Positions 1-13,845 of a DNA stretch of 64,000 nt are shown here, piece after piece; position 1 is the first letter of the stretch, and every line of letters starts with the position of its first letter. A program made the position numbers and the translations under genes. The stretch is from Lingula anatina (lineage: Eukaryota; Animalia; Brachiopoda). Under the pieces are notes generated by a model. The model was not told where the DNA came from, did no database searches, and was given only the letters and a program-made list of their open reading frames with translations. The stretch is from NCBI GenBank assembly GCA_051362555.1, contig CM120640.1, forward strand, positions 55,344,788 to 55,408,787, in the 5' to 3' direction.

Positions 1-790
1 TGGAAAAGAAAGACCATATTTGAAACTGAAGAAACTCCACATCTTTACCACCCTGCCCCCATAAAATCACTCTGACCTTGAAAAAACCCACATAAGCACT
101 TGACAAATTGAGGGATAATTTTACTGATGGGATTAGGAGTATTTATACTTCTGAAAATCAAATTTCAATAAAGCCAAAACAAAAGTCCTTGTTCCAATTT
201 CCAAGCAATAAATTAAGGCAGTAAGCATCCATTCTGTAATGCATTGGCATTTAATTATTTCTACGAAATATATGATAATTCCCCCTGAAGTCTAATGGGT
301 CTTTAGCCAAAACCCAATGCTGTAAAGTATCATGCAAGTAAAAGTGAATTTAAACATCCGTTTTCCCACTCCTATGAAAAGTAAATATATAACCTGCCAT
401 CTCCACCACCAGACTGATTAAACAGTCTTTACAGTACTCACCCATACACATATGTATTGGAGGCCAGGTGAAACTAATGCTTTTATCTATAATCAACAAT
501 ATAATAAGGTGTTTTAACACTCCAAACTGTATCTTTAAAATAGAAATGGTCTCCTAAGTCAACAAGTACATTACTTCTGTTGACTAATGTGAAATTCTAA
601 TGGATGTTAACATTTCTTTAGATAACACACAGCCCAACTTGTATTCTACATACTGATTTAAGTACCAACTGCTGTAATAACCTTTGTTATGGCAAAATCT
701 CTCAACTTTTTAACAGGGTTTTGTCTTTTGATATTCCTCCAAGTCACCTCAACACTACAGTGTAGTATTGACAGTTGAAAGGATTGTTAC

Positions 791-1986
791 CTCTTACTCC
801 TAGCAACACTGACATATTGGGGTCCTGCCCTTCTGCCTGCTCCATACAGATCTGTACAAGAGACTGCAGGTCAGAGAAACACACTTGCATCTCTTTAAGC
901 AGCCTCTGTTCCAATTTTTTAGTCTCTGCTGATGTCAATTTTTCTGCCTCCTTCACCTTGTCTCGCAGTGTCATAGAGTCTTCCATCAAATCTTGATTCT
1001 GTTTATTTATCTGAAGAAGAAGGTAAGTTACTGACAACGTTACTGTTAAACTTCTGGCTAATAATTGTTGGAAATAAAAATCTGACACACTACAGAGCAA
1101 TATATAAATTTCCACAATGTATTCAATTACAATAGATGAACAATGTATTATTATAGGCATTGTGCTACAACTTCAAATTTTCAAAATTAATATTTATCTG
1201 AAAACATGGTCATAACTGATGTCAGAGTCAGTAAGAACAGTTCTGTTTTTATTTCTTCAGGGTTTTAACATATTGGAAAAAGCATCCGTAATATACCTCT
1301 TTCATGGTTTGCCTGACTTTCCTTAATTCTTTTTCAGTGGTTCCCAATTCTTCCTTCAGGGCTAGGACAGAGGATTCTTCTTGACTAATTCTCTCCTCTA
1401 ATTGCTTTATTTCAGACTGATGTTTTATCTCCATCTGCTTCTGTTTCTTGTGCTTGTTTTCTAGCAACTGATGTAATGGTGAGATCAACATTTAAGTGTC
1501 TATACATGTGTTACAAGTGATGAAAATAAATGTGATAAAACACCATTTGATTACCAGAAAATTAAAATCCTCAAAAGGTTTGCTAAATATGTCATCCTAT
1601 TTTCTGAAAAAAAAAAAATGTTCCCCTTTGTAGAAAAATTGTTCACCTTTTTGGCTTTGTCCAAGTTGCTTACAAGCAGCTCCTTTTCTTGTTTGGTTTG
1701 CTGCAGGTCTTGCTCTACCTTGATGAGTGTACTGCTGTCCTTTAGCTTTGCCACTCTTTCAACTTGTTGAAGCAGATCCACTTCCAATTTGGCGACTTTG
1801 GATGTAAGATTTGCTTCCTAAAATATAAAAACTACAGCCATGAAACAATGACTTACAAAAACAATCCATGATAAAGTTTATTACTCAATTGTCAGAAATA
1901 ACTAATAACAAGCTGATTACATTGACAAATTGTGGAGAGATATAGTTTCTTGCTTGATATATATATATATCAAGCAAGAAAGTACA

Positions 1987-2026
<40 letters not shown>

Positions 2027-5000
2027 AACAAACATGGTCAAAATTGAAAAAAAATTAATGGTTTAAGGTAACTTCATTCATTATACACAAAAATTATAAA
2101 AATTTACCTGTTTCTCCATAGCCTCTATCATTTCATCTTTGTATTTGACTGTTCTTTTGAGGTCAACAATGGTACCCTCCAGATCCTTGATTTTTTCCTG
2201 GTGCATCAGCAGGTCCTCTCTCATGGAACGCATGTGATCAATGTTAAGGTAAAACAAATTCCATTAAAAATATTCCCATAAAATATTATATTGATTCACA
2301 TACTGTTAGGTACACTGAAAGGTTATTGGATTTCGGAATGAAATCAATACAAATGTGTATTTTGTGAGTTGATATTGCAAAACCTATTACACTTATATGC
2401 ACTGAGTAAAGAGATGCGAGTATTTATTCACATGAATAAAAAGGATATTTCCTTCTTTTTAGACAAGTATTCATCAGCAGTAGGGAGATCCTCTAAGTAA
2501 TGCTCTAGACTCTTGACTTTATTCCTGCTTTCACTAAACTTGTCTTCTATTTCATTATATTTCTCCTTCCAGTGGAGAATTGTGTCTTCCTTTTGAGAAA
2601 GCTTTAATAGTAAAGAAAAATAACAGTTAAAGTAAGAAGGTAGAAACAGTGAAGATGCAAATAGGAAAAAGCTTCATACATGCAGACAGAAAAACAAAAA
2701 GTAAGATCAGGAATGCCTACAAAACAAGATATGAAAAGTGGCATTATAAATATAAATGAAATAGCAAATATTCAGCAAAATTACATATATACACACACAC
2801 TGGCAACTAATAACTTGAAAAGATTAAAATTTATGATATAAAATTCAAACAGAAGTAGAAACCTTTTATCCTTTAAAGTTAGTTATAAGAAGTAAGAGAA
2901 TGAACACTGGATTATTCATACCAATTTAACTTCTCTTACCTTAGCTTTGAGGTTTTCTATTTCACTAGACTTAACACCAGCATCATTTTTTGATGTTGTC
3001 TTCAACTCCTGTAGATTATATTCAGTCTCTCTGGAACAATTGTAATATTTCAAACACATAAATATTCTTTTACAAATGCATGAAAATATACTGTCATATT
3101 CTTAAATAAAATCAGTAATAATGACATGTTCCAAATATAATTTCAAGCTTAAAGGGATAATAACTCTTCGTATGAAATCTATATTTCACAATAAAAACAT
3201 TGTAAATAACTCATAGAAATATAATATATTCTGTTTTATGACGAAAACAGCAGTTATAGCTATTATTCTGATATCTGAGCTGGTCTTCAAATCATGTGAC
3301 CTCCACTGATGGTTATACTCTGCTATAATCTCTTAAGAGATCTAACAAAAAACCAAACTTTTTAGAAAAAAACCAGGGACTAAATTTGAATGTAAAAATG
3401 GATTCATTAACCATTGGTAAGTATGGGAAAATTGTTGTTTTCTCCAGGAAAATTCATTTTTTGGCCAAAACGAAGAGTTATTATCCCTTTAACCTGGGCT
3501 AGGATTGTGGTTACACTCTTAACCAAATTTGTAGAATATACCTATTATCCTCAAAAGAAAAATAACCAAGTACAATTATGTTGCTACTAATGTAATATCC
3601 TTTATCCCTACCCTAGCTTTCTCTGTAACTCTTCAATCTGTTGGTCTTTGCTGGAGGTAATTTCTGCTAAGTGTGCTTTTAATGATGCATTATCATACTG
3701 CATCTCCTAGAGTACAACAAGGCACATTTAAAAGCTACTCTTTTCTATAGAAAAAGCCTTTCTAAATATGCATATAATGTTCTTTCCTGGTTTCTTCACA
3801 TGTACTAAGTCATTGTTATCCATCTAATGGCAAAGGTGTATCTCAATTGATTTCATTATTTTCCAACATTACATGCACTGTCAGCTTATATGAAATATAT
3901 TCTGACAGGTGCATTAAAAAGTGCCTCACCTGAAGTTTGATACTGAGAATATCTCCATCTCTGTCTGCTTGTGTCTGCAGTGCCCTATGTAGTTTGCCTT
4001 CATAATCCTTGCTCTGTTGTTCTACTTGCATTATCTTCATCCTCTGCCTGTAAAATCAATCAACTTGTAACAAGTAAGTCATCATTTCTAATAACATAAC
4101 CCTGTACAATTAAAAGAATGTGAATGTTATCAATGTTAGAAAAGATGTTCATTTTTTTCTCAATTACATACTGTACTAAATGAATTATCAAGTATACTTT
4201 AATCTGAGAATACTTCTTAAAAGATATCATCTGTCTAATAAAAACTAGATACTAGTGCAATATTTCACGTTTTTCTCAAAGCTGGGCAGAGCATGTATGA
4301 AGCTGAAAAAAGTTTTAAAATAACCTCTCAATGATCATGTCCTTTTCTTTAATTATACTGTCAGCTACTCTTTTAAGAGCATCCCATTTGTGTGTGGAAT
4401 CATTGGAAGCCATGGACGGAAACTCTGCACCAAGCAATGGACCTGAATCAGTAGTCTAAAAAGAATAGGGATAGCTCTGGTTAAACACTGAAGTACAAGA
4501 TTTATGAAATACTGAACCTTTGTACGTTTTTAATTAAAGTTACACGGTACAGAATAAATCTTTATGGATTAACCGTTACCAAAATGAAAATTAAAAAGCA
4601 GACAACAATTAAAATTTTTCTGGTTGAAGGACTTAAAATATCTATATATAGCAAGGCATACAAAGATAACTGAGTACCATTTCCAAGAAAATGAGAAACA
4701 AAGAAGGCCATCTAGCTGATGTTGGATGTTACTTTGAGTACAGTTATACTAAACCTGGAAACAAGTCTGCTCACAAAATATTTCAAAATTTCAATGATAG
4801 ATTTACATGCTGACATAAGTAACTATGCACGTGTGTGCATTCTTGCATACTAGTGCATGTATACCAATCTGACACATTTCACTAAGTCTCAGGAAGCACA
4901 TACAAGTACAGCACTAAAACAACTAACATAAGACATGGACATGCATAAATTACCTTTGTCATGCTGAACCTTTGTCTGAGCAGTTGGTGTTGGTGTTGTT

Positions 5001-6450
5001 GCTGCCACTGTGTAAGATCATTCACAGTTGCACTGGCAATGCTGGATTGACCACTAGTCATACTGGACAGTGTATAACCATGACTAGACTGTGATGGGTA
5101 ATGTCCACCCTCTCCTCCAGGATCCTCCACAGGAGTAGAATGAAGAGGATGGCCCCCATCATGGCCAGTGCTAGTGGCAGCCTCTGAGTTGTTGTTTGGG
5201 TAGAAATCCCCTGCTGGCACCTGGTGAGCATTGTTCTGTATTTGTGGACTATGAGGCATGTGGGAATGTCTGGGAGAATTTGGCAAGGAAGATGATTTTG
5301 TGGCCTGCTGGTGTTGGGATATGGCATGATCTGCCACTGTTGGATAGTAACGTCTCGGCTCTCCAAAATCCTGGCCATCAGTGGCACCACGAGGGATTTG
5401 TCCTGTACTGTAGCCATGGTGATTTTGAGCACTATGTAAAACTTCCTGATTAAAGGCAGGACCTTGCGGTTTGTTCATATTTGATGTGGGGTATTGGTGC
5501 CCATGGCTGAAAGTTTTTGATGATGATAATGTGGCACCAGTATGATTTACATCTTTTTCCACATAATCTGTCTGTGGCAAACTTGATGTGGACCCTAACT
5601 GGCGGGTTATATGCAGTGGTCTTTCATTGTATAAATCACAATGTTGAAGAAACTCTGTACTGGAGCTCCTATGCATATTAATTCCATGAGAGGAGTATAT
5701 TTGGGGGGCAGATGCATTATGTGGAATGGTTTCACTATAGCTCCCATGCCTAGTAGTAACTGACACCAAGTAAATAAATACAAAAATACATTATTAATAG
5801 CCAAGAAGTGAAATGTTGTACTGGAGTAAGTCATTTTGGACAAAAGTTTAAGTTATTTAAAAGCATACCTGCATATTTGTTCAAGTCAATTCAACAAAAA
5901 ACACTTTAATAAGTCAAAGACCACACAGCCATTGTAAAAGAGGATGGGAGTGCTAAATAACAATGTTTACCTACACAGTTAATACACATTTTAATTCCTA
6001 CCTTGTTGTCCTGTTCTCTTAACTCTGGTCTTTATAACTGACAATTTAGGTGTAGCAAAATCACTATAATTTGGTCGGTTTGATGGACCTAAAGTAAAAA
6101 TGCCACAAAATTTCAAATGCTCTAAACACATAAATGTAAGGTGTCCATAAAAGTATAAAATTTATATAATGACAATCTAATCATGAAACAAAAAAAGTCT
6201 GAATAATGTCTACATCTTATCATTATAAATTTTCAATTTCATTTTTCCTATCGAGTGACCTATTTTTGCTATTAATTTATCAAATAATTAGAGACATTAC
6301 ATGAGCTGTAGTAGTTGCAGACAACATCAAAACATAAGCCTGTTTTTAGGCCAAAAATTAGACATTGTCCAAAAATGTATAAAAAAACTTACCTGGTGGA
6401 GTGACATAGTTATCATTACAACCCCTTGTCTCGTTCTGTTGTTCAATCAT
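791..6450 (-). CDS. CEP85: Centrosomal protein CEP85/CEP85L-like coiled-coil protein, multi-exon, 3' end runs off the window
   Basis: Frame-consistent exons (-): 6450-6393, 6088-6002, 5759-4954, 4455-4325, 4047-3930, 3706-3612, 3030-2940, 2601-2449, 2233-2108, 1817-1647, 1467-1297, 1010-791. Motifs KWDALKRVADSIIKEKDMIIER, VKSLEHYLEDLPT and GQDPNMSVLLGVR resemble CEP85/CEP85L. The start ATG (6450) is inferred and the last exon is not in the window. Confidence 0.8.
1946..2025. repeat. 36-bp perfect (AT)n-centred palindrome followed by compound (TC)n(TA)n microsatellite
   Basis: tttcttgcttg-(at)n-caagcaagaaa at 1946-1981 is self-complementary; the (tc)n(ta)n run follows. Confidence 0.85.
2234..2448 (-). 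other. U12-type (minor spliceosome) AT-AC intron of the CEP85-like gene
   Basis: Minus strand: GAA|ATATCCTTT 5' splice site at 2448; branch site TTTTACCTTAAC 9 nt before the terminal AC at 2234. Splicing joins SKKKE to MRSMREDLL in phase 0. Confidence 0.9.
3153..3488. mobile_element. Kolobok/T2-type MITE (336 bp), copy 1
   Basis: TIRs AGGGATAATAACTCTTCGT...ACGAAGAGTTATTATCCCT flanked by TTAA on both sides; homologous copies at 13509-13845 and ~51320-51567. Confidence 0.85.
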
Positions 6451-9005
6451 CTTCTGGTAATCTACAACACCACACATGACATTATGTAAACTTGTAAACA
6501 GTACTTACTTAATAACTTGCCATAGTTTAAGGGATGACAACTCTTCATTTTGGCAATAAAAGCAGTGTTTAGGAAAAGCTTTGGACACCAGCCTGACAGA
6601 ATGTCTGACATAAAATATCTCTATGCCACAACAGCAGCACTAAAGAGTGCCTACACCAGGTACACTGTGAAATAGTGGCCTCATTTTTCAGTATGTCAAA
6701 TAATACACATGTAATTTTTCTTTTTATCATTTTTGCAAAACATGTTTGCATTTACAATGTAAAAGCTAGTAAAAGGCAAATTAATTGTCAGAATAATTGT
6801 ACTCTGTGGAAAAATGTTCAAAAATTATTTGTACTATGTGAATAATTGTACTGCATGGAAAAATTCTCTCAAATTTCAAACCTTTGCTGTGAAGAATAAT
6901 TGTATAGTGTGGAAAGGTGAGCAATTCCAATTTGAATTTTGAAAATAAAATGTCATTGCTTTGAAATGCATTTTTGCTTTTCAAGATATTCAAGATATCC
7001 TTTTAACCCTGAACAAAAGCAGTGACCTGCAAGTTGTGAAATTCACATTTCACATACATGTATACTTACATGAAATTTAGCCAGCAACTACTTACAGCAA
7101 CTATATAACATTACAAAAATGAGCTGGCATATCTATGTATTGATTAACTACAATACTGTGTATTTACACATTGATTATTAGAGGGCTGCTAGATGTTTGG
7201 GGAACCTCAAGACTGTTGATGTTGCATCATGTTTAACCTACATTTACTCCAAAGCAATGCAGGGCAGTCGCGTTTAGGAAATGATCTACTTATCTTCAAA
7301 TTTTAACCAAAACAAAAAAATGAGGAGGGGTAATGATAATACATATTGGGAAAAATTTTAAGCAGTTCTCACTCTTCTACAACTTTTCACACAGCTATTA
7401 TATTTTAGTTCAAAATGATAAAGTTAGTTCTAGCAGACTCTATGCATTTGCTTTAAAAAGTAGTAAAAACAATGTACTGGTAGATATAAACCCCAGAATT
7501 TCACAAGGAGGCTAGAAAATGCTCATTCAGGGCAAGACTTACTACTGGAGCACTTCAGTGTCTAAAAGTGCTGACAACTGGGCGAGGACTTAGTATTTTA
7601 AATACGATATAATATGAATGATTATATGGACATTGTGACTGACATGCAGACTTTACAAATCAGACATTTTTAATTCATGGTGGAGGATCGGCTATCCAAA
7701 GTTTTTTCTCCAAACACTGAAAAAGTGCCATAAATATAATTTTCCTGTGGTAAATGACAACTCCAATCTTCGCAAGGTGGATCAACATGTCCTTAATTAA
7801 ACAAGTAAATAAGACACAATACATAATTATATACCCAAGTATATTAATAGTGCCTTTTAAACATGATTTGCAGTTTAATTGATGCCAATACAAATGACAG
7901 TTACCTGGAACATTGGTTTGAACAGAATGATATATGGATTTCAGCGGACTCAAAAAAACCTTCTTAAGCATTATGAAATGTGAAGGAAATAAGGGAATGC
8001 AATGCTGTGTTCATGATGATTCTATCTGCTCTGCATGGTCATTCTATCTGCTCCAATTTTCACTACCTCTCCTCTCCTTTGTCTTCAAATATTCCTATAG
8101 TTTCTTAAAAATACTGTACATAGTATAAATATAAACACAAAATATTGCATCAATGTCAATTCTTGCAGTGGTGGATCTTACATTACAATTTTAATTGTTT
8201 TATAACAATAAACATCTAAGAAAAATTTCTTGTAAGCAACAATTATTTTCCTTTTTTTAATGTAAAAAACTTTCATGTGTGTCCTTTACAGACAACTACT
8301 ACAGATGCACTGAAACCAGATACTTATTACGACTACTGGTAGTGTATTGTAGCATTAGATCACACAACTTGGATCACGTAACTGGCGTACTTAGCATAAA
8401 ACTTACCACGCAATCTAATAATGTGCTTGGTGATTTGAGTACACTGGCAATCATGAAGATTTAATATGCTCTTAAATAACTTCTTAAATACATGGGTAAT
8501 GCTGTAGATCTTCGATCGAGGTAAAAACTTCACGAATCGAAAGGAACTAACATTGTTTTATCCAGATTTGCGCTAAGCGCTCTAGATAGTGAAACACATT
8601 TGTTCCTCCTTTATAAGAAGAACGGCAACCTTGTCAACGTTTTTTTTTATATAGTTAAGTAGCGACTTTGAGCAATGCTCTCATTTTATGATGTTGACCA
8701 AAGAAAGAAGTCTTGCAATTTACTAATTATATTTTCGATGTTTTCTAAGAAACTTCAAGCGTGAAGTGGGGTAATCGCAGGGGTGAAAATTTGCTGTAAT
8801 CTCATTGGTCGAAAAGGGTGTTTTTATTCAACGTCAGAAAGATTGCATACGTTGAAAGGTGTGGAAAATATGCAAATTGGAGGTAATATTCCATATAAAA
8901 AGAATTGCAAATACATACAGTGAGTAAGGAAACATGCTAAAAATGCAGTTAAACAATTAGAGTTGAGTATTATTAGTCTAGAAGCGTGTTTTGTTGAAAT
9001 GATTT

Positions 9006-9023
9006 ACTTTCGTTTTCTCAGAA
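9006..9023. promoter_or_regulatory. Overlapping ISRE (IRF) and GAS (STAT)-like motif
   Basis: ACTTTCGTTTTC (reverse complement GAAAACGAAAGT) overlaps TTCTCAGAA (TTCN3GAA) in the divergent interval between the CEP85-like and PARP12-like genes. Motif match only. Confidence 0.35.
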
Positions 9024-9382
9024 GTCTATCAGTCATTCTTTGCTAGTGGTGCACTGCAGGGGAGGGGGGCATAACAAGAATGTAATTTAAATTTATATGG
9101 TCAACCAAATTCTCATGACATCGTTGTGTATGTCTCAATAACAAATCAAAGAAGCTGCATGAGCAAAGAGGATGCTGTTTTAAAAGTAAAAAAATAGAAA
9201 GAGCAGAAAATATATATCGAAAATGCCGTCAAAATGGCGTCAATTTTTGTGGAATTCCGACCCTACCTCTTTTCAGGAACAGTTTGTTCAGGATTTGAAT
9301 GTATTATTGAAGCAGGAAATACACCTACAGTACTGCAAGAAGATATAATCAACAGAATGTGCAAAAGATTATTTAAATTAAA

Positions 9383-9941
9383 CACGCTTGGCTGTCACCT
9401 TGATTGGATAGTAAACGATTGTCTGCTTCAAATTCCACCGGGCTTACAAAAAAGAAGCCATGTCATTGGACAATGCGACCTCTGCAGTTACGTCACTTCA
9501 AAAACTGGATGGAAGAGAGGACCGACTTAAACGTCAAGGTGGGAATTTGTATTTACAGTTTGATTGTGCGTATGCCATGCACGGAATTTACAAACGAGCG
9601 ACGGGATGATGTAGCCTGTGGCATTTGCGGTAAGCGTGCCAAGTTTTAGGCCACTCCGATGCCCGGCAGTATTTTATTTCGATTATTATGTTTACATTTG
9701 TGGAATCTTGTTTCACAAGCTTACTCTATTTTATTGTCTCTATGGAGGTATATGGGGACTTTACGACATTCGGCTTGAAAGCTTTAACCACTTGTTATAG
9801 TTTATTTTTGCATTGTATTGGAATAATGTGGCAGTCCAAGGTTGTCCTAGAGGGTTATCAAGATTATGCACCCGGTTTTAATATCATTTAGCAATTTTAT
9901 GACAATCGTTTACTATCCAATCAAGGTGACAGCCGAGCGTG
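9383..9941. mobile_element. Non-autonomous DNA transposon, 559 bp, CAC..GTG termini, 8-bp TSD
   Basis: 41-bp TIRs CACGCTTGGCTGTCACCTTGATTGGATAGTAAACGATTGTC / reverse complement (1 mismatch); AAATTAAA duplicated on both sides. Confidence 0.85.
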
Positions 9942-10456
9942 AAATTAAAATTCATTTGAAGTCACTGAAAAATGATCACAAAATTACTGTAACAAACGTC
10001 TAATCTTATCTTTCCATATTAAAACTCTTCAATGCATCCAAAGTAGTCTGTTAGTTAGTTTGTGTCATGAAGTCCATGCTAATATCAGTTTTCTTAAGAA
10101 TTTCACATTTCTTGCTCAACAGGGTCAATTTTTCTTCACCGTGTCCCTTGTAACGTTCGTTACGCTGAAACTTCAGAGATTAATTATAGCAGATGATTTT
10201 AAAATGCCGCGTGAAAATTTTACATCGATAGCGATCTTCTTCCTTACTCACTAACTGATGACGTCTCACACACGAATGGCTTCTTTTGCACACTGAAAAG
10301 CCAGCTCAAAGTGGTACGTGTCCCATTCTGATAATATGTAATGCAGTGAAGCTGTCGAGGTCAGATGCAGGGGCACATGTAATTCCCTCGATTTAACAAC
10401 TACGGGACTGTTTACTGTATATAGGGATCTTCTTTGTATGAAGGTGAGAAATACTG

Positions 10457-10473
10457 AATTTCGTTTCATTTTT
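10457..10473. promoter_or_regulatory. Tandem IRF-element/ISRE-like motif
   Basis: AATTTCGTTTCATTTTT (reverse complement AAAAATGAAACGAAATT), just downstream of a donor-like GAAG|GTGAGA at 10443; CRE-like TGACGTC at ~10259. Confidence 0.3.
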
Positions 10474-10822
10474 CTTCAGTAGTTTCAACATAAGTCCATA
10501 TGTGTACTGATTGATTCTTACCATTCGATTAGTAGGGTGACTTCGTCTTAACTTCGTATGTGTCACGTGGTAATGCGGTGACACCATATTCATGTTCTCT
10601 TGTTCTCAAAAACTCAATCATCGAAATTGAATGACATTTTTTAGCTTTACCTTAAATTAAGATGCTACACTGTATTCACGGCAATAATGGATTTCTCGCA
10701 ACACTATCGTTATGTAACATACAGAGACACAATGAAGCACCAAAAATGGGTGAAGAAAATGTGTCCCAGTAATTAGTATTTGCAACTTTGTTTGAATAAG
10801 CAATAAGCTATTTGTAATCTTA

Positions 10823-10997
10823 GCTGAGGTAGTGCTAGCAATTTTTTTCACTTCGCCAAATCACCACATTTTTGTCAATTTGTTATCAAAATGGTTATGT
10901 TTTGGCTAAAACATGTCAAATCGAGCCCTTTTTCTTTAGCCAATTTAAGTGAGTTTTAGCATTTGGCTAAATTGGCGAGTGTTAGCACTACCCCAGC
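10823..10997. mobile_element. Short MITE with TTA TSD (PIF/Harbinger-like)
   Basis: TTA|GCTGAGGTAGTGCTA...TAGCACTACCCCAGC|TTA. Confidence 0.6.
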
Positions 10998-13508
10998 TTA
11001 GGTTACCCATTGTTCGTTATCAGAGTAAACAGATTCCTTGTATTATTTTTTTCAGAATCCCAAGAGTGGATGCCTTGGTAGAGCACAGAGCAGATATCAC
11101 CAGTGGTCCACAGATGTCAAAAAGAATGTTATAATACTGAATTTTGTGTTACACTGAACTTCATTTTGTTAAATTTTGTATTAACTGAACTCTATTGTGT
11201 TAAAATAATAAAAAATAATAATAATTCTGAAAAAAACTACAATCTGGAACATTCTTTAGATCAACTTTATTCAGTGCGTGTCCCATGTAACATAGTTACA
11301 GTAAGCAAAATATGTATTATTCCTCTGTTTTTGTCAATTCCAATTTAAAAGCCTGTGAGAGTGATGTTCCCCTTATGATTGAAGTGTGTTTGGATAATAA
11401 CAAAAATATTGTTATTATTTACATGATTATAAAAAGTTTTTGTTCCCGTGTCACTAACGTTACCATTTCCCATATATTCACCTTTTTTTTATTAATTATG
11501 AAATGTGGATTGAATTCTTCAAAACCAGTTTTAAAGCATTGAGACAACACCCCCTTATGATTTAAACTAAATCTAAAAACATTCCATTTAGACTTTCATT
11601 AGTTTGTGCAAAATATATTACCCAGGGTGACGCATCTTGGATTTGGTGGGTATAGCTGTTCAACTCTCCTGTGTGCCCTAAAAACGGCATCTGCTGTTTC
11701 CCTGTTTATGAAATGATAAACTGTGATGGTGTAGCTATCGCAATGCAAAATTACAGCTTCCCAGAGAACGTTTGAAATTTTTGGCCAAATTCAACATTTT
11801 GTAACCACTAGCAAAGAATGACAGTCATAAAAGCTGGCTAGCACATATATAATATATAACATGATGTTGTAGATATGAAAGAACGTGTACAAAATTGTTA
11901 GCGCATGATATTTCATGCTTTCCATTGTCAGGCTGCATGGTACAACTATTTTATAACATTGGTATTCACGTTTAAAAAATAATATTACGCTGATATATGC
12001 GCACCCCGTTAAATCCCGTTCACAGTGCCATCTGAGAATTCTGGATTTTTCAAATTCTAATTTCTGGTCAAAATCAAATTTGCTTGCTTGTTCACACACG
12101 CGAATCGAAACTGAATCCCATTTTTAAAAAATCAAGGTTTAGCTTCCTGTTTTGAACACTCACACATGTGCAGCACAGGAAAACTAAAAATACAAAACAA
12201 AAATATGGCACCATTTACGGCTCTAATTGTACTTAGCTTTTGCCCTCTGTTTTTATTTGTGACAGCAAGTGCAACTCAAAAGACATTCAAGCATTCTTTG
12301 AATGTACAGGTATATGACGGCAAAAGAAGTTTATGTTTCCCCATGTTGTACTGAGCGATAACCTCCAAATACGTTTGGTGCAATTGTTAAGTAATAAACT
12401 ACTGTAGTGTTCATAGATACCCTCACTTTTCTGCGCACATGCGTTAAAAGATCTTAACAGATGTCGGCTAACAAAAATTCCTCATGCATTCAGACTACTG
12501 CAATTATTAGAATAGGATTCGCTATTTATACAGATAAATGGCTGTAGTGTGAGCAGGGTATTACTTGACACAATTCAAGAGGTCAGATACTGTTGGTTAC
12601 ATGCCTATATGTCCCCACACCAATCCTCCCCCATATCGGTGCGGGGAGGTACTGGTGCTGGGATCTATTGGTGTGGGGTCGTATTGATGTACATAATACA
12701 AAAAATTACTAAGGGGTATTATCTGTGCGGGGGAGTAAGGGTGCGGGGGAGTAAAGGTGCAGGGGAGTATCGACATGACCCCATACTGTCATGGCCATGG
12801 TGTTCCACAAAGCACTTGATCTGTTTGGGGGGTCTCACCAGGTTACTGGTATACGTCGATGTAGCCAATCTTAGTCTGTAGTCGATCTTGGCGTTATAGA
12901 ATAAGAGCACATGGTATTTATATACTACATGTATTTGAAAAATTGAGGACTGTTTTTTATTTACTCTGTCAAACTTGAGTTTACCCTAAATCTATGTAGT
13001 GAATCCACAGGATCTGTTATTCAACTATCTGAAATATTTGCCTAATACAATTTGATTGGAATAATGGTATTGTATTGGAGTATGGCCTTGATCAGGATGC
13101 GCTATTTTGAGTGCTTATGCAATAAACCTCTTGCACTTTTTTGTAAATTTATGCGCTATTAGTGCAAAAACTTGGTCCAACCTAATCCCTGTCTCGTTAC
13201 ACATAAATTTTGGACTCTGTCGGTGCATTGGTCTACTGTACAGTAGATGTGGCCTTCATCGCATTACACCCTTGCCCAAAATTTGCAAAATGTAATGCTT
13301 AATATCTCCCAAACTGATGGAATTATGGGAAAAGTTAGCACAGATGTCTGACAGAAAGTCATATATGGAGATTTCAAATATGCCCTTGCATTTGAACTTT
13401 GATCTTTATTTCAAGGTCAAACAGCCCAAAATTTTCTAAAAATGGGATATTTTTCAAAAAAAAAAAAAGTTATTTGAGCCGATTTTCAGAAACTATACAC
13501 AGAGTTAA

Positions 13509-13845
13509 AGGGATATTAACTCTTCGTTTTGGCCAAAAAATGAATTTTCCTGGAGTAAACAACAATTTTCCCATAGTTACCATTGGTTAATGAATCCATT
13601 TTTACATTTAAAGTTAGTCCCTGGTTTTTTTCTAAAAAGTTTGTTTTTTTGTTAAAATCTCTTAAGAGATTATAACAGAGTATAGCCATCAATGGAGGTC
13701 ACGTGGTCTGAAGACAAGCTTAGATATCAGAATAATAGCTATAACTGCTGTTTTTGTTGTAAAACAGAATACATAATATTTCTATGAGTTATTCACAATG
13801 TTTTTCTTGTGAAATATAGACCTCATTCAAAGAGTTATTATCCCT
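13509..13845. mobile_element. Kolobok/T2-type MITE, copy 2 (opposite orientation to copy 1)
   Basis: TTAA|AGGGATATTAACTCTT...AAGAGTTATTATCCCT|TTAA; the internal sequence is the reverse complement of 3153-3488. Confidence 0.85.
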
